Assembly (NCBI GenBank): GCA_964016885.1
Contig: OZ024741.1
Coordinates: forward strand, 90,148,001 to 90,212,000
DNA length: 64,000 nt
Direction: 5' to 3'
Source: Eledone cirrhosa
Lineage: Eukaryota
Shown piece by piece: positions 26,700 to 39,716 of this stretch. The notes below the pieces were generated by a model. The model was given only the letters and a program-made list of their open reading frames with translations, ran no database searches and was not told where the DNA came from. A program made the translations under genes and the position numbers. Numbering within the stretch: position 1 is the stretch's first letter; every line of letters begins with the position of its first letter.

Positions 26700-27036
26700 T
26701 TTGAAAAGATCATTTGGGTAGCTTTCATTGTTAAAAATTGTATGGGTAGCTTTCCTTGGGAACGATTGTTTGTATGGATAGCGTTCCCTGGGAAAGATCG
26801 TATGGGTAGATTTCATTGGGAAAGACTGTATGGGTAGCTTATATTAGGAAACGTCATATAGATAGCTGTCATTAAGATAGGTTGTATGGGTAGCTTTCTT
26901 TGGGAAAGATCGTGCGAGTAGCTTTTATTGGGAAAGATTGTATGTACGGTTTCCGTGGGAGAGTTCGTATGGGTATCTTTCATTGGGAGAGATTGTATGT
27001 ATGAGTAGCTTTTATTGAGAAAATTTTGTGTAGCTT
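26700..27036. repeat. Degenerate ~28-bp minisatellite, about 12 units
   Basis: Consensus approximately TTGGGAAAGATCGTATGGGTAGCTTTCA. Confidence 0.8.
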
Positions 27037-27662
27037 AACATTGTTTTCCTCATCATTGTAAAATTCCAGGTTCCCTGCCTTCGAGAGAACGGCCATGGGT
27101 TCTGTCTTGTTCAGTTGCATTTACTTTCATAAAGATAACGTCGTGATGACAATGGAGATTTTTTCGCATCCTATGACGCTTCTCTGTTACCAGCAGCCTC
27201 CAAATGTCTACGCTCCATATTTTCGATATTTCTGCGATCAACTCTTTTAATTTGCAGAGTTATTCAAACGTTAGATAGAAAGTACAGCTCGATACATACA
27301 TATTGATATGTTGTTCCCTGCTGGGTAAACTTAATCAAGTGTCCACTACCAGGAAATTGCCTTTTATCATAATATTTCGCTCCTATCTTCGTAACTTTAC
27401 ATATTTGAAAATTCTATAGAATTATTTACACCTTTATAACTATTTCTGACATATGCTTCTGTCATTTGTTTGCTGCCTGTAAGATCTACAGTTGAATAGT
27501 CCTAGATGTACCATGAGGAATAATGCTAGATGTACCATGCCTGTACCCATTGAGAGACTATGCTGCTCGCACAAACATACTGGCGTTCATCGTATGGCGA
27601 AGCCCTGTAGGAGTTCGAGTACGTTGCATCACCACTACTACATTATCGTTTGAAAAAGTGAC

Positions 27663-27990
27663 ACATGTTGGTATTAGCGGTATTCTAGGTATAAATACGA
27701 TGTCCCCCTTACCACATCCAGTGAAGATTTTGGCTTCGACAATGTGAGGCTGTAGCTCTATGACAATCATACGTGTCCCATTGTACAATCATGACTGATC
27801 TAGGTTTCTGAGAAGCATGATGACTGTGCTCTTCTTCAATTGAAGTTTGTGTTGCGGCATACCGGATGGTTCCAGATTTTTGAGAAATTGTGATGTTTTT
27901 TTTAGGGGGGTTACACAGCTACTCCTTTTGGAATGATAGCTTTTGAAATTGGAGAACACTTGATTAAATAAGTATACAACGCTTTCCACA
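27663..27990 (-). mobile_element. Helitron RepHel PIF1-like helicase fragment (pseudogenic)
   Basis: FLKNLEPSGMPQHKLQLKKSTVIMLLRNLDQS / LYNGTRMIV...HIVEAKIFTG..KGDIVFIPRIPLIPT, the conserved Helitron helicase block. Confidence 0.9.
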
Positions 27991-29739
27991 ACAGTAGAAA
28001 ATGATGAAGAAATCACTGAGGCTGGGAAAATTCGTGGGTCAACCCCATGCCCCCCCCCCCCCCTTATCTACTGTTGATATATTGGCTTTATTGGAAGTTG
28101 GACACTTCGTCGGATATATTTCGTTTTTGTAGTGCAAACATGGCAGCATCGGAATTATTGTTGACGTATTTGAGAGAGAAATACAGACATTACATTTGAG
28201 TTAGTTTGAGATAGGGAGAGGTGGAGTGTGTGAGAGCTGGAGTAGTATTTCAATCTCTCTATATATTGATAGCATGACGGACAAACAGTACATTGGTGCT
28301 AGAAAGAGCAGTAAATTCTCCCCCAACTCATCCCGCATTCCCTTTTCGGAAAATAAGTCGACAGTTAGCTTGACACACGAAACCCTTAATTATTATCAAT
28401 TTTATTTAGTGTTAGTTTTCTTTAGTCATTAAAAAAAACCATACATGACAAAAAAGTAGATTACCAGAAATCCCATACGTTACAAAATAAATAGGATGGG
28501 TTGGTGTCTCAATTTCTAAACTAAACCACTAATTCTGTTGTTTTTTTAATCAACGGAGACAGCCTAGAAAAATTACCAATTTTCCACCGCCAACTTATTC
28601 CAACTCCCCAATTATTTGGAACCAGAGAGTATATAGATAGATGACGGACGAATAGACAGACAGAATCTGCCTGGTAGGAAGAACAGTAAATTCTCCTCCG
28701 ACCCCCCCCCCCCCCGCCCCATTCCATTTTCGGAAAATAAGTCGACAGCGAGCTTGCTGGAGGTCAGAATTGTTGAAAACACACCTTAATTATTACCAAT
28801 TTTATTTAGTGTCATTCGCGGTCAACGTACAAACTTCAAATTTCCTTTTTATAAATATATATATACACACACACATACATATATATATATAATGATATAT
28901 ATAATATATATAATGTGCATATGTGTGTACATGTGAGCGAGCATGCATTTAGGAACTAATATGTGTAACTTAGTATATGTCTGTGTGTGAGAGAAAGAGA
29001 ATGTGTGTGTGTATGATGGAAATATCAGCAACACTAGCAGCAGAAACACTAACCTAATTGTTTTAACTTAATTCCAAAGGTTAACCACACTACTGGTGGT
29101 GATAGTGGTGACGGTTGTGGTATCAGCAGTGCTGCTGATGGTAGTGTTGTTGTATTCTTTGATTTTCATTGTTTTATTCTGTTTGTTTATTAATCTCTAT
29201 TTGCTCATTCGTAAGTAACAACAATTCTTTTCATTATCAGTCCCACCGAGGTTAACTTTGCCTTTCATCCTTACGGGGTCGATAAAATAAAGTACCAGTA
29301 ACGTACTGGGTAATTGCTGGCCTTGTGCCTAAAGTAGAAACAATTATCAGTATATGTTTCCTGGCTTGTAATGATTTAGCAAACAAATTATATAAAAACG
29401 AGTTTGTTTATTCAATTGCTTGTAGTATCTGTATTAATGGACAGATTGATGTGAAAATTTTCTGTTAACTAAAGTCTTCAAATTTTAATGTAATTCAATC
29501 ATAATACTGTTTTGTACTTTCCAAGAATGCCATGTTAATGCGATTTCATGTGGTACAGGATGTTAAGATTTAAGTATCAGTCAATCACTAAAGTCGATGG
29601 ACTCGACTGTTTCTTTCCTCAAAATGTGTGGGCTTTTGCATATGTTATGTTTTTTTTAATGGTTTCATGCGAGTTTACTGTATAACCAGGTGAACCTTCT
29701 ATGTTTATGTGGCGTGTTATATAGTATTGTGTGTGTGCG

Positions 29740-30025
29740 CACAGTATGATCAAATTGTTCGATCCCGCTGAGAGGTATCTTGGGTAAGTTTTATTTACTT
29801 GCGTCGACTCATGCATTGTGAGTGAAATTGAGTAGACGGAAACTGTTTAGAAGCCTGCACCTGTAATTTAAATGGCCAACTTTGTCACATGCCATGTCAC
29901 GCTGAATCACTCTTGAGAATTACGTTAAGGGTACACATGCCTGTGGAATGCTCAGCCACAGAAACACGCTGTTCCGTTGATTGAATAACTGGAGCACTCA
30001 TCTTCGAAAATTGACGAAAGTTCAT
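29740..30025 (+). mobile_element. tRNA-derived SINE, family 2 (other copies ~16400-16620 -, 17350-17540 +, 47850-48090 +, 51025-51370 +, 57770-58110 -)
   Basis: GTTCGATCCC B-box, then CTTGGGCAAG..., GACGGAAACTG, CACGCTGAATC, GGGTACAC..GTGGA.TGCTCAGCCA shared among the copies. Confidence 0.75.
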
Positions 30026-30173
30026 TCCACTGTTTTTTTTCCGGTACTTGTTAGTGCTATTACATCTAATTTTCTGTTTTTGTCTTGATTCTTACGTTAT
30101 TTTAGTGTTTCATGTTTTTGTTTGTTGTGGAAGGTTTATATGGTATTGGGAAGTGATTGTGTAGAATATATAC

Positions 30174-30365
30174 CAGACCTGCCAACCTCTAAAAACCCAA
30201 ACGGGGAGTACCATTAAAAAGTGCCCCAAAACGGGAGAAATGAGACAAAATGAGGTGATTTTACATAATGAAAGCTATATCTATTTTCACAAGAGACGAC
30301 ATATCTCACCCACCCCAAAGTGGGTGAGAGATCTCTCCGACGGATGGGGAGAGTTGACAGGTCTG
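30174..30365. mobile_element. MITE with TIR CAGACCTG(C/T)CAAC and apparent 6-bp TSD (relatives 46245-46444 and ~58157-58339)
   Basis: cagacctgccaac ... gttgacaggtctg. Flanks ATATAC/ATATAG here and ATTTTA/ATTTTA at the 46245 copy. Confidence 0.85.
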
Positions 30366-31914
30366 ATATAGAATGAGGTGTGTTGTATTATTGGGAGCCG
30401 ATTCTATAGAATACACTGTATGGGTTCTGTTGTATTATTTGGAGATGATTCTGTAGAATATATTATGTGTGGTATAATATTTCTCTTCGTTTTCTCAGTC
30501 ATAAATAAACAGTGTTGAGTTTGGGCTTATTTTTTTCGATAGAGTCTTCTTTTTCTGCCTTGTAAATTTACTTACCTATTCGTTTCCTTCTATTCTTCTA
30601 CCGTAGTTTTTCTTAAACAGCAGATACAACAGTAGACTTTCATCACAACAATACGTTTGCAACTTAGTGTGGTTAAATCTCCTTTTTCAGTAAATATACT
30701 TTAGTTGTTAAAGTGACGTCCGAACGAGTATCCTTCACCACTGGCTCCCGGCTGACAGGATGGATAATGCATTGCTCCAGAGGACGGGGTGGAAGACACG
30801 CTGAAAAAGCCACTCCACCCCGCGGGGCTCGCATTTCTAGGTAATTGTATAAAGGCGGTGAATTGGCGGTGCCATTAAAATGTCGAATAGAATACTTTGC
30901 GGTATTTGTTCCGGCTTGCTGCACACCGAGTTCAAATACTGCCGAGGTCAACTTTGCTTTTCATCCTTTCTTAGTAGATAAATAGGGTACCAGTCTAACA
31001 CTTGGGGTCTTTGTCACTTCTTGATTCTCTCTCAGGATGAAATCAGCTGTGTGCAAACCTACAGAGGGAAAGGGCTATGCCAGGTTTAAAAATACTCAAG
31101 AAACGCTGCATGTCCCCACGGCACCCTTACGACGCCACTGGTAGTAACAGGTAAATGAAAAACAAATGTGTAGAATATAGGTTAAGTTGTTGTTGTGTAG
31201 CTACAGATCAACCAAGCCCGAGCATTCTGAATTTGACCACAACCACTCAGGGGCGGTGGAAACATTTCTGGGGTGGGGGTATGGGGCAAATTTGGTCAAT
31301 TTAGTTAGTGATTAGTTTAGCTGTTATTATCAAATATCAACCAAGATATAAAAAAAAAACTTCAATATGCGATAAACATAACATGTACATAAATTGATGT
31401 GTGTTTTGGTAGTTTGGGGAGAAAAATATAATTATTGGGGGGAACCATACCCCTGCCCTTTTTAGTTTTATATATTGTTGGCTGGTTATTGTGCTATTGA
31501 ACTGGAAGTGTCTAGTAGAGTTATTGTGGGTGTGTACAGTAAAGTTGTAAGTCACAGTATGGTTACTTTTACAATTTTCTTAATCTGTTTCATGATTCTC
31601 AATGTGAAATGTCTTGCAGTATTTCGTTACGGCTCTTTACGTTTTGAGTTCAAATCTCAGAGGTAAACTTTACCTTTCATCCTTCTGGGGTCAATAAAAT
31701 AAACTTCGAGTAAAGTTTGATTCAATCGACTTTCCCTTCCCCCAAATTGATGGTTTTGTGCAATTAGTGGTACATTTTTACTCTCATGCCAATCTTGCCT
31801 ATTTCAATTTCACGGTTGCTGTAATAAGTTGTCGCATATTTAGAGCCTACTTATTCCACTGCTTCTCAGTTTTCATGTCGTAGAATGTGCATATTAGAGC
31901 TGCCATGTCTTCTT

Positions 31915-32125
31915 TGCCCACTTATTTCTGAGAGGGCCGTTGAGGCAGAGCCCTCAAACACTCCTTCCAGCAGGTTCTTTCAGAAGTAACCGTCTCCAAT
32001 TGAACCGACTTACTCCCTAAGCGAGACAAGCCAAACTTACAGATATTTTCCAACCAACTTGCTCATCGTATACATCCGGGTCTCGTGCCAGTCAGCCTTG
32101 CCCATAAAATCTGTCTGTCCAGATG
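31915..32125 (-). mobile_element. RTE LINE 3'-end fragment
   Basis: Homologous to 22799-22990 (CCACTTATTTCTGAGAGGG...CTCAAACACTCC.TCCAGC). Confidence 0.75.
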
Positions 32126-33029
32126 ATATTGTCAATTGTTGATACTGATTACAATATCCTGCAGTTCATGCTATCCTATTTTTCCTAATTAACCGGCAAC
32201 GTTAATTGGATCATAATGCCGTTGAAGATTGGCCGAAATCTTCCTTCATCTGGTGGCTATAATAATGGGTCAGTATGGTGAAAGAAGAAACCCCCCCCCC
32301 GGAATTGTGGAATCGGAAAAAAGTTTTCATTTTACTTGGGTAGTAAAGAAACAGGAGGTTATAACATTTACGTTTTTCTCGACGGAATTTAAAATGCGAA
32401 AGGAAAGAAATGGATTCATCTGATGTTCGAAATCAAATTATATGTAAATTTACCTTAACTTCTCGGCGCTCTCTGCACACATTCTGTCATATCACGTGAG
32501 AAAGCTCTATTCATGTGCTGTGCCATATATTTCAAGATAACAGTTTTTGTTATTATTTATGTGCGTGTGAAAGAGGGTGTTTGCTTTTTATTTACGTAAA
32601 ACGAATTTGCAAGTCATTGGTGTTTTGCCAAAATGTCAAGTACTAAAACGAATCCACCCAGTATTTTAACCCCTTAAAAGAAATAAAGAACGGATTTGTT
32701 TTCTCTGTGCTGTCACCCCTGGAAAATATCTTTGTTAATGGGCGTGTATCAATTTACTATACAGAATGATTATAGTTGGCGAAGTGCCTAGCTCAGCAAC
32801 TATATATTTCCTCCCCAACTCTCTGGTTTTACAGTCTCTTACTTATAATTTCTGAAAAACTTTAATCTTGTATCGCATTATGAAGGTTGTTACATGTAAC
32901 CATGTAGAAAAATGTGTTGTTTTTAATTTTACTTGAGCTAACTTACAGTTAAAGGCTTGAAGAGAATTAGAATATATCATTTCCAAGAATGAGAGACACG
33001 AATCCAAAGACTTTGTGTCATAACAACAA

Positions 33030-33620
33030 TGCTAATAAATAATTCTTTCTAACATTGACACAAGGCTAACAATTTGGGTAAAAGGGGAAATTCGATTATA
33101 TCATTACAGGGTGTTAAAGGTTAATACATATTGCATGATTAGACGAGCTTAATATATTTTATCGATCTCGGAACGATAAAAAGCAAAGTTGACCTCGCGA
33201 GATTTGAACTCAGAATGTAAAAGTCGGAACTAAATAACGCAAAGCATTTTGTCTGACGCTCTAACGACACTTCCAAGCCACCTTCCTATCAGTGCTAATA
33301 AATTATTTCTACATTTGACACGAGGCCAGCAATTTGAAAGGAAATGGAAAGTCGATTAAATTGACACCAGTGCGCTACTGGTACTTTATTTTATCGACCC
33401 CGTAAGGATGAAAGGCAAAGCTAGTATCGGCGGGATTTGAACTCAGAGGGCCGTAACTACATGATGCAAAGCATATTGTTCTATACAGTATATGTTCTAT
33501 ATTGCCAGCCCACTGCTGTAGTACTAATAAATAATTGTATCTGATTTTGGAACAAGGCCTACAATTTTGGAGGAGGGGGAAAGTCGATTAAATTGACCGC
33601 CCTAATGCTAATAAATAATA
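33030..33620 (-). mobile_element. Serial family 1 SINE insertions separated by a repeated TGCTAATAAATAAT target
   Basis: The target motif recurs at ~33030, 33293, 33520 and 33606, with SINE copies or fragments in between. Confidence 0.75.
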
Positions 33621-34377
33621 TATAATATTCTCTCATGTAAAGTTACTGGTGTGATGAGTGTCATTTTGGGTGTAGTCACCGAGGAAATGGCGTTTTAAGT
33701 TTAAATCTCAGCTGGCAGACTGGTACTCACGAGATAGACATGAATATAATGTTATTTTTCCACATCATATAATGTATTGTTATATTTAACGAACTCAATA
33801 GCGAACTAAACTAAGCGATTTGCTTAATAGATTAATTGGTTCGTTAACAATGTTTTGTTTTAATGATATACTCTACTATATAATATATCTATATAATATA
33901 TCTATGTATTTTAGCCAACACTATATTTTAACATGTAAACAACTCGTCTTTATATACAATACCTTTGTGGAGAAAAAAGGGAGATCTGTTGGGCTAGCTT
34001 CAATCCTATGTTAGGATTTCATCAGTGACGGAGAACCTCTTTAACTGTCTAACGATTTATATACAGCTTAAAACCCACCTATTAGTGAAGGTTCAAACAA
34101 ATTATATCGATCAAATTGCATAATCTTTCTTTTTCCTGTTTGCGAAAACTCTTATATGTAATGCTAACTCGTTTACATCTATAGATATATAGTGCTGGTA
34201 AAAAATGTAGAGATAAGCTCTGTATAGCATTAAAACAAAACCATCTTGGACGTGGTTCATCTCTAGGTTACCTACCGGTTGGTTTTGACCGTAAAATCTG
34301 TCCTGGGATTATTTCGTTTGACATTTTAACCATATGTCCGTTGTATCGGAGTTGTGATTTCTTGATGTTATAATATA

Positions 34378-35267
34378 CTAGCATTAAAGCCCGGCGTTGC
34401 TCGGGGTCATTAAGTTACCAAAGTTAGGTTGCACCACCAATTTTATGGCAGCACTTTTTGTCTGCCAGGCACTGGGTGAATGAATTGCAGACCTGGAAGC
34501 ATGAGCTGCGCCAGAAGTGACAATTGTAGTTTCGCATATGGATATTATCTCTGTGCAAAAAAGTGTTGAAATTTATTGTTTCACAGTACTTGCGCAACAC
34601 GCGCGTAGACGATGCCAGCCGAACAACAGAGCTGCGATGGAGTTGTTCTGCATGGTTGTCTGTGTGTTTTCTAAATTTAAGACAGTAGGGAGGGTTGTGA
34701 TATGAGGGAGAGTTAGCTGTTGTTTCTAGCATGTTTAGTGACCTCATAGAGGATATGTGTTTTCTAAATTTAAGACAGTAGGGAGTGGTGTGATATGAGG
34801 GAGAGTTAGCTGCTGGTTCTAGCAGGTTTAGTGACCTCATAGAAGATATGTTTTCTAAATTTAAGACAGTAGGGAGGGGTGTGATATGGGGGAGAGTTAG
34901 CTGCTGTTTCTAGCAGGTTTAGTAACCTCATAGAGGATATGTGTTTTCTAAATTTAAGACAGTAGGGAGTGGTGTGAACGGACAGTATCACCATCAAGCT
35001 TGGAAAGAGAAAGTAGCAGAAAGTATGAAGTTGTATAGATTTTGAATGGTAGTAGAAAGAGTTCAGCAGTTTAAATGAGAGAGAAAAATCGTAAAATATT
35101 GAGTTTTATCTATTTTTTGCGTAATTGTGGGTGAAATTGAAAAAATTATCTGCGTCAAGACGCAATCGAAGCTATTTCGAATGCTGAATTGTAAATTTCA
35201 ATTGAAGAAATTCTATATCGTAGATTTCTATAACGAAGGAGCATGACCACTCACTGAGCTTTATAGA
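34378..35267 (-). mobile_element. Non-autonomous Helitron with an internal ~87-bp tandem array
   Basis: The minus strand starts A|TCTATAAAG at 35267 and ends with hairpin CCCGAGCAACGCCGGG + CTAG|T at 34378. About 3.5 tandem units at 34663-34977. Confidence 0.75.
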
Positions 35268-37055
35268 TTATGATGCAATGAAAATTTATTTCATTGTACT
35301 TGTTTAGCAGCTCAGCTACTCCTAACTCTTTAATGTTTCTTCCCTTTCGATTAAGTTGACAACTTAAGAATCTCCATATCGACGAAGCTCGGTTTCTGAT
35401 GTGGAATTATAATTTTATTGTTATTAATTAAAACACCCAGGAAACCCATGTGAGATGCAATCTCTCAGAAGACCGGCTAAACCTTCGCATGAGTGAGTCG
35501 TAACAAAAATATTTAACTCTTAACGTCCCGTACCTCACGAAATCACGTTATCAAGACATTCTTTGTAAGTAGTATTACGGCGGCATCATATTAAACATTT
35601 TTACGACGATCTATTTACAAGTAAAGATACTGTAAATATCTAAATTAACAAACCAGTTTTTAGATATTTTCTGCTAAATCATTACAACGTGTTAAAAGTT
35701 AATGCATATTGCATGATTAGATGAACGATTCTTCGTAACTTCCTTGACAAATGCTATGTACTTTAGATATTTTCATATGAGGATACAAAGTAGTCCCGTT
35801 GCCTTCTTTCGAGTATTCTTTTACAAGATATCTTGTCGGCTAGATGCAGACAGGGTCGCCACACCTGATTAGAAACACATAACATAAAAGAATAAATAAA
35901 TATAAAAATGGGACAAATACCGCAATGTATTTTGTCAAACGGTCTAACAATTCTGATCATCCCCTTCTTTGAACTGGTACTTTATTTTATCGACAGCGAA
36001 AAAAATGAAAAGCAGAATTGATATTGGTGGGAGTTGAGCTTAAAACGAAAAGAGTCGAATGACTACCGTAACAGTTTTTATTGAAGCCGAAACGACTCTG
36101 GTATTTAGTGAGTGTATAGCTACATAAACTTGAGCTTGCTAAACACGAGGTTTAGAGAGAAAACAATAGTCAATGACAGTATATAAATGTAAGCATTGAT
36201 GAATGGTTGTTTGAGAAGGCGTGGATTAACGTAATGTGGTGTAGAATTATTGTTTAACTCCAGGTCAGCCATGATAAATCAAACCTCTAATGAGAAAGCA
36301 TTCCAGCCATGACCATTCCGACACTTTGTATATTATTGTCATATTACCTAATGTATCTGTCTATTTTTAAGAGAGTGGGATGAGATTTGAGGGCTATTTT
36401 ACTGTTACTTTTAGCAAGTGGAGCACCGTGTAGAGAGTGGTGGGGCGTGGTGTAGTGTGTTGTGGAGTTGGGGTGGTTTGCTGAGGAATGGCGTGGTGCG
36501 GAGTTGGTCAAGTGGATGTGGAGTGGTGGGGCATGACCTGGGGTAGCGACGTGTGGTGTAGTGTTGTATGGTGTGGTGTGTACTAAAGGACCCTTTCCCC
36601 GATCTGACTTCTTGGCATTGTTTTACTTTCGTGACTTCAGGAGAGAAAATGAATTAAATATATTACCTAGATTTCTGATTCTCTGTTGTGCAGCGTCATA
36701 CGAACTAGAGACCTGTTTTTTTTTTGCTGATGGTGGTGGGGAGACAATGGTGTGGGGAGACAGTGAGAATACAAAGACGATTGAGAATCGTGTGTATGTA
36801 TGTGAAAACGTGTTCATTGGGAATGAGTAGTGTGTGTGTAGTGGTGTGACTTGTTCTTGTCAGTCTATCTGACCTGACGTCCACTATGTATGTGTACACA
36901 GAGTTCATATGTTCATTAAGACAAATTACTACGTAGGTATGTGAGTGTACGAACGTCTGTCTAGATATCTAGAAAGATATATATCTCTCTATCTATTTCT
37001 CTCTCTTTCTTTCACACAGACACTCTTTCTTTCTCTCTATCTCTATATATAATGC

Positions 37056-37086
<31 letters not shown>

Positions 37087-37099
37087 TACACGGGTCTGT

Positions 37100-37582
37100 A
37101 TGATTGTGTATAGAAGATTATATTAATAAAAGGAATTCCAACTTTGTCTGATTTACTCGTTTTATTTACAATCCTTTAAAATTATAATGATATTATAATG
37201 AAATAGTATGGTAGAATATTAAATGTTAAATGTTAATTGAACAAGTACTTTCATGCTTTCGCAATCTTCAGGTTCATATTCAGTGGTGACAGTCAAGTTT
37301 GCAATTTTCAACTGTAATGAGATGGCTAAAATATGTGCCTTATATACAATAAAAAGGGGCTACAGGATGCTAAGTTTTGCAAATTGTATTTCGACCAATC
37401 GGTGTGTGGTTTCACTAGATTACTAAAGCTGATTGGTTTTGGACGTCACGGTTGGTTGAGCATGTCTAACGACTTCTATTTGACCCTATCCAAAGCATCA
37501 ATTGTTTTGCTATTTTTAGAAATGATGAAAATAGCATTTTCTAGGGTTTTTATAAAAAATCTTCTGTAATCATCAACATCAC

Positions 37583-37625
<43 letters not shown>

Positions 37626-38982
37626 GTTGTTGTTAGTGGTGGTAGTCGACATGGTCGTAGGCGTAGTCATAGTAGAAGTAATACCCCTAAGCATTATTAT
37701 TGTTCATTTAGCTTGGGTTGGAATTTATCAATAAAATTCTTTTCTTTAATTTTTCTCTTGATTTCACTTGGGCTGTGTAGTTTGTAGAATGGAAATATTA
37801 TAAATATTTTCTGACCACATGTTGCTAGATGGTTACTCAGGGGTATCTGACGGACATTTGGGTCTCTGGTTTGCTGTCGGTGCACCCGTGCACGTTCCGA
37901 TAGTGCATTTCCAGTTTCACCGACATATAGTTCTTCACAATTCGGGCATTTAATGCAGTAAATTAGATTTCTGCTTTTGCAGTTCATATTTGCATTTGGG
38001 AATATTTTTCCAATTTTTGTGTTCATATATTGACCAGTATGTATGAACTGACATGTGCCACATCGACTATCATTGCATTTAGATACAGTGAATGATTGGT
38101 CTTTGTTGTTAAAGTCAAACTTTGCCTTTGTTAGTAATTGCATCAAATTTTTCGGCTGTCTTTTACTAAGAATCAAAGCTCAGTCTGTGATTAAACCTTT
38201 TAATTCATTACTTTGAGCAATGATCAGTAGGTTTGCTTTGGTAGTGTTGAAGATATTCTGGTGACATGGGTTGTGTGTCATTATAAATGGTATGACCAGT
38301 TCTTGGTTTCTTCTTCCTTGGGTTGTTCTAAGTTGTTGTATAGGTATTTTTATAGCCTGCTGTATGCCATTTTCTATAGTGGTTTCAAAATAATGTCAAC
38401 AAAATTGCTTAGACGGTGGATAGGGCATGTTAGGCGGGGCTATAATAGGTCTAAGTTTTAAGTCTTTTGGGTGTAGTAATTTAATGTACTCACTTTTTTA
38501 TTCTTTTACTGCCAGTTGGATTTCTATGACTTATGAATTTTTGGTACGCCACAAAAATTGCTGGGTTTTGGCTCAAAATTGGTGATGTAGCCTCTTTTAT
38601 TATCAGTAAGAGAGTTGTAGTATTTTGAAGCCAGGTTGTTGATTTTCTTCATGATGTTGTGGTCTATATTTGACGGTATTTCATGGTAGAATGTTGTCTT
38701 TCAGTTGTTCCTCAACCAAATCTTTGTAGTATTCAGCATCCATTATAATAATTGCACCCCCTTTATCTGCTTGTTTAATTATTGTTTATCATTTTGTATA
38801 CGTTTAAGTGCAGACATTTCCGATTTGTTAATGTTTGGCCTAACATTAGTATTACGTCTAAGAGGAAATTTAGACAGGATATCAATGTATTGGTCGAGGT
38901 AGATATTTCTTCCTTTTGGCGGAGTGAAATTTGATTTATTCTTTACTAGTGATTCATCACTCTCATTACTTTTATCAGCGAA
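37100..38982 (-). mobile_element. Degenerate family B-like PLE with the RT core deleted; GIY-YIG region still open (37697..38176)
   Basis: SKRQPKNL...KCNDSRCGTC...CKSRNLIYCIKCPNC..LYVGETG...RVHRQQ...PKLN. The N-terminal DESLVKNKSNFTPPKGRN and QADKGG motifs parallel the 8244 ORF. Confidence 0.9.
37238..37276 (-). ncRNA. Minimal type I hammerhead ribozyme in the 3' region of the 37-39 kb PLE
   Basis: Reverse complement: tgaac-CTGAAGA-t-tgc(gaaa)gca-t-GAAA-gtac-TT-gttca. 5-bp stem I, palindromic GTAC stem III. Confidence 0.8.
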
Positions 38983-38990
38983 GATATATG

Positions 38991-39026
<36 letters not shown>

Positions 39027-39665
39027 TGTATGTATGTATGTATGTATGTATGTATGTATGTATGTATGTATGTATGTATGTGTATATATATATAACGAAG
39101 GAGGTATGGTAAGGAACCAGATGGACCATAACGCACCAGAGTACTCAATACTTAGGGTAGTAGAGTGGGTAATAGGAAAAAATATATATATATGTATATA
39201 TGAAAATATATGACCCCGACGGCAGAGCTCAAGCCGTCGAAATAGCCTTTGGTGACCATCCAGGATTTGACTACTGTGATTTACTGATTAATTGGTGAAA
39301 TATATTTTTTATTTAAAGAAATATATACAAAGGAGATTAATCATTTTAAAAGTTCTAGTTAAACTTTAATTGGTTACCTACCTAGCTATGTATGCTTACA
39401 TACTTTACAAATTATTCCCTGTGCTTGTTCCATATGTTTATTTTATATATATATGTCAATCTATTTCTAGTTGATATGAAATGCTCGGATCTATTCATTG
39501 GAATCTTTGAGCTTATTCTGCAGTGGATATGGCGCATGTCTCTCAGACATGACAATCCTTAATTTAGTTTTGGATATATATATGTATATTTACAGATATA
39601 TTTACATATGCATACATATGTCCCCTATATATATGTCTATATTTATATATGTATATATATACATG

Positions 39666-39716
<51 letters not shown>

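Noticed and set aside
34663-34977. CRISPR-like array (also 26700-27036 and the TSD-separated SINE arrays)
   Set aside because: Head-to-tail tandem units or SINE copies rather than unique spacers; eukaryotic context with no cas genes.
39211-39255. Stem gacggc/gccgtc followed by GAAA, hammerhead-like
   Set aside because: The CUGAnGA box and stem I are missing; at most a deleted relic.
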